Source: an uncultured Candidatus Saccharibacteria bacterium
Lineage (GTDB): Bacteria > Patescibacteriota > Minisyncoccia > UBA6257 > GWB1-50-10
Assembly: GCA_964357525.1 (NCBI GenBank)
Contig: CAYHLH010000001.1
Coordinates: 11,719-75,718, forward strand
Direction: 5' to 3'
DNA: 64,000 nt
Position numbers and translations under genes: made by a program. The notes under the pieces were generated by a model that was not told the origin of the DNA, ran no database searches, and saw only the letters and a list, made by a program, of their open reading frames with translations. Below, in pieces: positions 59,026 to 64,000 of the stretch; positions within the stretch are counted from its first letter, which is position 1; each line of letters opens with the position of its first letter.

Positions 59026-59189
59026 AAATTTACCGGGACCCCGGTCGCTTCGCGACCTAGGGGCCGTTAGACGATCCCGCAATGGTTTACCTGCGGCAGA
59101 CAGGCATTTTTGATATTAGCGCACTCTATTTTTGAAAACAATCCCGACGTAAGGTCGATACTCCGACTGAAACGTCGGAGGAAATCAAA

Positions 59190-59222
59190 AAGCCGCTTCT
59201 AAAAGGAGCGGCTTTGAATTTT
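59190..59222. terminator. Bidirectional hairpin terminator (AAAGCCGCTCCTTTTAGAAGCGGCTTT)
   Basis: Flanked by A-run and T-run. Confidence 0.5.
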
Positions 59223-59235
59223 TACCGCGCTGCGG

Positions 59236-59508
59236 TCAGACAGCAAACAACCGTACTATCGGATACATCTCTTCTTTGGTGGCGCCTACCAGGGCCTTTC
59301 CGACGCAGAGTTTCCGCAGATCCTCCCCTTTCGCGGCCAAAGCGGCCGCGACCCAAAACGTCGAATCCAAGCTTATCGACCTCACCTCATTCAACAGATT
59401 TTTCCTCTCCTGCTCGCTTACGTCGCCGTATTGGAGCGTGTAAATGCACGCTTCTGCCTGTTCTATCTTCGCAAGACAGCCTACGCTTTTCATTGTCGCT
59501 CCTATCAT
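59236..59508 (-). CDS. Hypothetical protein (~90 aa)
   Basis: Third gene of a three-gene run with ATGA overlaps. Confidence 0.35.
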   Translation of the reverse strand: MIGATMKSVGCLAKIEQAEACIYTLQYGDVSEQERKNLLNEVRSISLDSTFWVAAALAAKGEDLRKLCVGKALVGATKEEMYPIVRLFAV

Positions 59509-59807
59509 GACAACACCTCCTCTTTCTTGAGAAGAAATTTTTCGGGAAGATTGAAAGAACGCACCAGAACATCGTTTATTTCTGTTGGGGTGCCTCCCCA
59601 TCTTCTCGCGAGTTCCCACTTGATGCGTTTCAGCGATTTCTCATTCCTCCAAGGAGTTTCTTCACGTCCACGGCTTAAGGTCCTGACACGTACAACAAAT
59701 GCCTCTATAAGCCATTCATCATCGTGCGTGCTGAAATCTTCGGTTATTTGAGAGTCCGCCGGGATTTCGGATTTCGGCAAAAATTGTTTTTTATACATGC
59801 ACATCAC
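59505..59807 (-). CDS. Hypothetical protein (100 aa)
   Basis: Overlaps neighbours by 4 nt on both sides. Confidence 0.35.
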   Translation of the reverse strand: MMCMYKKQFLPKSEIPADSQITEDFSTHDDEWLIEAFVVRVRTLSRGREETPWRNEKSLKRIKWELARRWGGTPTEINDVLVRSFNLPEKFLLKKEEVLS

Positions 59808-60094
59808 ACACCTCCCTTGCTTTCCGACGGCGTTTCCGAACCGTTGTTGTATATGCTCTCGTCGCCCAAAAACCTGCTCACTGCCTGTTCGAGTTCAATC
59901 AGTTTCTCTCCGGTGGTTTCCTCCGAACCACCGTTCATATGGATGTATATCTTCACAATGTCTTCCTTGAGAACCCTTTCTTTTTCCCTGTATGTGCGAT
60001 CCATTACAACAGTTGTTATAAAGAAGGCCAATAAAAGGATGATGCAGATGATTACCAACACAAAAACCCATGTCGCTATTTTTATTTCTATCAT
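59804..60094 (-). CDS. Hypothetical small membrane protein (96 aa, N-terminal TM)
   Basis: First gene of the small operon, divergent from tig. Confidence 0.35.
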   Translation of the reverse strand: MIEIKIATWVFVLVIICIILLLAFFITTVVMDRTYREKERVLKEDIVKIYIHMNGGSEETTGEKLIELEQAVSRFLGDESIYNNGSETPSESKGGV

Positions 60095-60380
60095 GACTCC
60101 TCCGTTTTTAAATTTATAATTGATCGTTTACTGTATTCATAAATACAACAAAAAGCGTTACGAGTCAATCCACTCACCCTTCTCCGAAGGATGAGGGATA
60201 AGTTTTCTTGCCCGTGCGCTTTTTCTGTAATATCGTAGAACCCTATGCCCAGTAATACAACTTCGATGCGCTCTGTGGAAAAAGTAAAAGCGAAGAGAAG
60301 AGGCTGGGAAAAAGAAACAATGCAAACAAAGAACCACACACCTTGTCGCGGTGTAACCAATCGAAGTTGATATACTGGGT

Positions 60381-61376
60381 ATGCCAAAACCCTACGACAA
60401 GATAAAGATAACGACGAAGGACGCGGTAACGACGATAGAAGGCATCGTCACGCTGGAGGCGATAGAAGAGGAAAAGGCGGACGCTTTCCGCGACATCGTC
60501 GCGAACTTCAAGGCGCCCGGATTCAGGCCCGGAAAGGTGCCGGAAACCATCGTGAGGGAACACGTTTCCGAGAAAGACCTCTTCGAGGAGGGCGCGAACG
60601 AGGCCTTGAAGCTCGCGTATCCCGAAATTTTGGACGAGTTCAATATCCGCCCCCTCACCTATCCGCGTGTGGAGGTGAAGAAAATAGAGCTAGGGAGCCC
60701 GCTCGAGTTCACCATACGTGTGGGCGTCGCGCCGGAATTCAGGCTCCCGAACTGGAAATCCATAGGGAAAAGCGTCCCGTTGGAGACGCCGGAAGTGAAA
60801 GACGAGGATGTGGAAAAATTCCTAAAAGAAGTGGAATCAATGCGCTCCACGAAGGAAAAGCCGTTCCTACTCACGGACGAAACCGCGAAAGAGCTCGGAA
60901 AATTCGAAAACCTCGCGGAACTGAAGGCGAAGCTCAAGGAAAACCTCCTCGTGGAAAAAACCGAAGCGATGAAGGCGAAGCGGCGCGAGGCGCTCTCCAA
61001 AAAGCTCCTTGAGGAGACGAAGATCGAGCTCCCGAAATTCTGGGAGGAGGAGGAAAAGGCGGCGATACTCGCCGAACTGGAAGAGCACGCCCAAAGCCAC
61101 AAGATCCCCAAGGAAAGGTTCCTGGAGGGCTTCAACAAGACCGAGGCGCAGTTCGCCGACGAGGAGCTCATGCACCGAGCGAGGCGGGAGAAGATCAAAA
61201 TGATATTGGACAAGCTCGCCGAGAAGGAACGTCTCCAAGCAAGCGACGAGGAAGTGGAACGCGAAGCGATGCACCTCCGGACCCATTACGGGGAAACGGA
61301 CCACGAAAAATTGAAGGAACTCGCCCGCCAGGGGCTCTTGCGGGAAAAGGCGCTGGAACTCGTGGAAAACGCGTAA
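60381..61376 (+). CDS. tig: Trigger factor (short form, 331 aa)
   Basis: N-terminal ribosome-binding domain with GFRPGKVP signature; C-terminal arm domain; PPIase domain apparently reduced. Confidence 0.75.
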   Translation: MPKPYDKIKITTKDAVTTIEGIVTLEAIEEEKADAFRDIVANFKAPGFRPGKVPETIVREHVSEKDLFEEGANEALKLAYPEILDEFNIRPLTYPRVEVKKIELGSPLEFTIRVGVAPEFRLPNWKSIGKSVPLETPEVKDEDVEKFLKEVESMRSTKEKPFLLTDETAKELGKFENLAELKAKLKENLLVEKTEAMKAKRREALSKKLLEETKIELPKFWEEEEKAAILAELEEHAQSHKIPKERFLEGFNKTEAQFADEELMHRARREKIKMILDKLAEKERLQASDEEVEREAMHLRTHYGETDHEKLKELARQGLLREKALELVENA

Positions 61377-61430
61377 AAAACAGGGACCGCAAATGGGTCC
61401 CTTGGTAATCATCGTTTGTCTTTTCCTTAA

Positions 61431-61886
61431 TTAGCCCCCGTTATCCACATTAACGGGAACAGCCCCTCCACTACACTCTATTTTTTCCTTCGAGTACAAG
61501 TATGTTTTGCTTCCGTCTTGCGGAAACGAAAGATAACTGACATAATAATTTCCCTTCTCTTCGGTGAACCCTACATATACCAGTTCCACTCCGGAGTGGA
61601 AACTATCATTGCAGTTGATCTTTCCTGTAATGCTCACATTGCAGGGGTCACTTGAATCGTCAACACGGATCGAGGCGCCTTCTACCGTATTGTATAAAAT
61701 GGCATGCCCGTTCCTTCTCCGATATAAGTATTTGCAATTCTCAAAGACCTTCCCGTGAAGTTCCTGGATCTTATACACCCCGAAAAACGACTTCATTGAT
61801 TTCTCGATGCGTTTGCAGATTTTCTTGGTCGCTTCATTGAGCGCGAGCTCGCGACCGTTCGTGGATGTGGATAGCGTGGATTTCAA
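61431..61886 (-). CDS. Hypothetical protein (151 aa, Cys-containing)
   Basis: AT-rich ORF, no family recognised. Confidence 0.35.
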   Translation of the reverse strand: MKSTLSTSTNGRELALNEATKKICKRIEKSMKSFFGVYKIQELHGKVFENCKYLYRRRNGHAILYNTVEGASIRVDDSSDPCNVSITGKINCNDSFHSGVELVYVGFTEEKGNYYVSYLSFPQDGSKTYLYSKEKIECSGGAVPVNVDNGG

Positions 61887-61973
61887 TTTTTACCTCCTGT
61901 ATTTTAATAGATTTTTAAAGAAATATTTTTAATATTTCCTTGTCGGGCCTGGAGGGACGGGACTCGGAAACTA

Positions 61974-63200
61974 GTGCTTATTTTATCCCAGAAACGCCTG
62001 CATTGTCAATACCGTGGGTGTGCTATGATGCGAGCAATGGAGCCCTTGGCACACACAATCAGGCCGAAGAACCTCGACGAGTTCATCGGGCAGGAGCACT
62101 TGGTGGGAATCGGAAAGCCCATACGCGCCGCGATAGAAAAACGCCATCTTTTTTCATTCGCTCTTTGGGGGCCGCCCGGATGCGGAAAAACGACGCTCGC
62201 GAAGATTTACGCTTCGTCCCTTGACGCCGAGCTCTTCGAGCTCTCGGCGGTCTCCGCAAGCAAGGAGGACATCAGGAAGATCATCAAGGCGAAAAGCCCG
62301 CCTGGGCAGGCAGGCAAGAAGCCAAAAGTGATATTTTTGGACGAGATACACCGCTTCAATAAGGCACAGCAGGATTTCCTCCTCCCGTCCGTGGAGTCGG
62401 GCGAATTGACGCTAATCGGTGCGACGACCGAAAACCCGAGCTTCGAGATCATCGCCCCCCTCCTATCGCGGATGAGAGTGTTCGTCCTGAACGAGCTCTC
62501 CAAGGAGGAATTGAAGACCATCATCACGCGCACGGGGCTGTCGCTCGACAAGAAGGCCACTGAATGGCTCATCGATATCAGCAACGGCGACGCTCGGCAG
62601 CTCATCGGCATCCTCGAGCAGGCACACAAGCTCTATAAGGACATCAATGTCGAAACCTTGACGGAAACCATCCAGAACCGCTTCCTGCGGTACGACAAGC
62701 ACGGCGAGGAGCATTACAACACCATCTCCGCCTTCATCAAATCCATGAGAGCGTCGGATGCCGACGCCGCGCTCTACTACCTCGCGCGGATGGTGGAGTC
62801 CGGCGAGGACCCGAAGTTCATCGCGCGCAGGATGGTCATCTTCGCCTCGGAAGACGTCGGAATGAGCCAGCCGACGGCCTTGGTCATAGCGAACGATGTG
62901 TTCCGAGCGGTCGAGACCATAGGGCTTCCCGAATGCGCCATCAACCTCGCGCACGGGGTCGTTTACCTATGTCTTGCACCGAAAGACAGGACGGCATACG
63001 ACGGCCTCATGTCCGCTATGGACGACGTGAAGAAGCACGGGAATCTGCCTATCCCCCTTACGATCAGGAACGCGCCGACAAAGCTGATGAAGAACCTCGG
63101 ATACGGCAAGGGATACGAGAAATACGGAAAGGAGAGCCTGCTTCCGGAACGCTTGAAGGGTAAAAAGTACTTCATCCCCAAAAAGAAAACCCCGCAATAA
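61974..63200 (+). CDS. rarA: Replication-associated recombination protein A (AAA+ ATPase RarA/MgsA)
   Basis: Walker A GPPGCGKTT, Walker B FLDEIHRFN, MgsA C-terminal domains; true start probably MMRAMEP at ~62022. Confidence 0.85.
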   Translation: MLILSQKRLHCQYRGCAMMRAMEPLAHTIRPKNLDEFIGQEHLVGIGKPIRAAIEKRHLFSFALWGPPGCGKTTLAKIYASSLDAELFELSAVSASKEDIRKIIKAKSPPGQAGKKPKVIFLDEIHRFNKAQQDFLLPSVESGELTLIGATTENPSFEIIAPLLSRMRVFVLNELSKEELKTIITRTGLSLDKKATEWLIDISNGDARQLIGILEQAHKLYKDINVETLTETIQNRFLRYDKHGEEHYNTISAFIKSMRASDADAALYYLARMVESGEDPKFIARRMVIFASEDVGMSQPTALVIANDVFRAVETIGLPECAINLAHGVVYLCLAPKDRTAYDGLMSAMDDVKKHGNLPIPLTIRNAPTKLMKNLGYGKGYEKYGKESLLPERLKGKKYFIPKKKTPQ

Positions 63201-63365
63201 AGCGGGGTCGCTTGTTCTTCAAGAGAACAAGCGGTCAAAAGATATCCGGCGTTTTTTCCTCGTCTGGACCGAAAATTTCCCTTTGTTCTTCGATAACGTT
63301 ACCCTCCTTTCCTGTTTTTAAACAACAAGATCGGAGTATACGGGAAAACGCAGGAAACACAAGCT

Positions 63366-64000
63366 TCAGAGCAGCTTGAAGCGCTCAAAGTGTACGAACC
63401 GGCGCTTTACGCCCGCCTTGTAGAGCACTCCCCTCACCATTTTCATCATCGGGAGAGGCCCGCACAGGTACACCTCCCTTTCCGCGAAGTCGGGAACCAG
63501 ATGGAACAATTTCTCCTCGTCGAGCGTCCCCGTCTCGCCTCCCCCGCTTCGCCCCTGCTCCAGCGAGGCGAGCCATCCTTCCGGCTCGTTCGTCGCCATG
63601 TAAAAAGCCTTGAAACTCATCCCAAATTCCTCCGCGAGCTCGGAAAACTCGCCGCGGAACGCAAAATCGTCCCGCGTGGAGGCGCAGAACACGAGCACGA
63701 CCTCTTTCCCCGCGCGGAGAGCGTCCTCGACGACCGACCGCAGTGGGGTGATGCCGATGCCTCCGGCAATGCAAAGTATCTTTTTCTTCCTCGCCGCCGC
63801 GGCGGTGAAAAGCCCGTGGGGCCCGTCTATCAAGATCTTCGTCCTCGGAGGGATGCCCTTCATCGCCTTCGTGAAATCGCCGAGCGCCTTCACGGTGACG
63901 CGGAGCTCGTTTGCCTTGGGCGGCATGGAGACGGAGAACGGGTGCGATTGCAGGATGAACCCGGGCGCGAGGAACCTGAGCATCAGGAACTGCCCGCCGC
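63366..64000 (-). CDS. FAD/NAD(P)-binding oxidoreductase domain protein (ferredoxin-NADP reductase-like), 5' end beyond window
   Basis: RxYS-like FAD motif (HPFS), NAD-binding GGIGITP; no stop upstream of 63983 within the window, so N-terminally truncated. Confidence 0.6.
   Translation of the reverse strand, partial: GGQFLMLRFLAPGFILQSHPFSVSMPPKANELRVTVKALGDFTKAMKGIPPRTKILIDGPHGLFTAAAARKKKILCIAGGIGITPLRSVVEDALRAGKEVVLVFCASTRDDFAFRGEFSELAEEFGMSFKAFYMATNEPEGWLASLEQGRSGGGETGTLDEEKLFHLVPDFAEREVYLCGPLPMMKMVRGVLYKAGVKRRFVHFERFKLL

Noticed and set aside
58551-59074. The three 44-nt direct repeats, considered as a CRISPR array
   Set aside because: Only three copies are present. The spacing is irregular (15 nt between the first two, ~375 nt to the third). 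The repeats are themselves nested palindromes, two of them interrupt a tRNA-like sequence, and no cas genes are present.

Overview
This 64 kb window looks like part of a small, gene-dense bacterial chromosome with many minimal-length housekeeping proteins, consistent with a CPR/Patescibacteria-like organism. Most genes lie on the minus strand in one long co-directional block.

Main content, left to right:
- rpsL, a site-2 protease, a bL28-like gene, pcm, ftsEX, an N-terminally truncated prfB, rpsR-ssb-rpsF and rpoC-rpoB.
- mltG, ftsW, tpiA, gpsA, then the cell-wall/division cluster mraZ-rsmH-ftsL-PBP-murF, plus uppS, ndk, aspS, tsf-rpsB and mraY.
- scpBA, ychF, mpg and dnaX.
- A type IV pilus cluster: pilB, pilC, pseudopilins, an LVIVD-repeat pilin-like protein and a major pilin.
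- A DEAD-box helicase, obg, def, rdgB, tig and rarA.
- Five tRNAs: Pro-GGG, Thr-CGT, Glu-CTC, Tyr-GTA and Gln-CTG.

The most striking thing in the window is not a protein but a roughly 200-nt module found in at least 7 copies. Each copy sits directly against the start codon of an essential gene (rpsL, a bL28-like gene, rpsR, mraZ, mraY, a membrane protein gene, and one gene that runs off the window start). It has three parts:
- A conserved hairpin.
- A 13-20 bp inverted-repeat stem. It exists in two sequence variants, and both keep the stem pairing.
- A short conserved upstream ORF. In the three best-conserved copies it reads M(D/N)KFSSxxDSKIYI*, and its stop codon lies 5-11 nt before the main ATG (5 nt in the best-conserved copies).

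In the mraY copy, a GIY-YIG nuclease gene exactly fills the loop between the inverted repeats. The loops of other copies still carry remnants of the 3' end of that gene. The module is therefore either a lineage-specific shared translational leader regulon, or a decayed family of GIY-YIG-carrying mobile elements (MITE-like) that home into a conserved leader, or both.

Other oddities:
- Three of the five tRNA genes (Glu, Tyr, Gln) have degenerate partial copies of themselves close by.
- Two more GIY-YIG genes and a 44-nt palindromic repeat sit at the tRNA-Gln locus.
- A 21-nt GC-rich palindrome is inserted in frame, twice, in aspS.
- A second inverted-repeat family has terminal repeats CCCGGTAGTAG.
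- An AT-rich island of three ~140-aa unknown proteins lies next to tRNA-Glu.
- The RF2 gene lacks domain 1 and starts 2 nt after tRNA-Thr, which in turn overlaps an HNH endonuclease gene.
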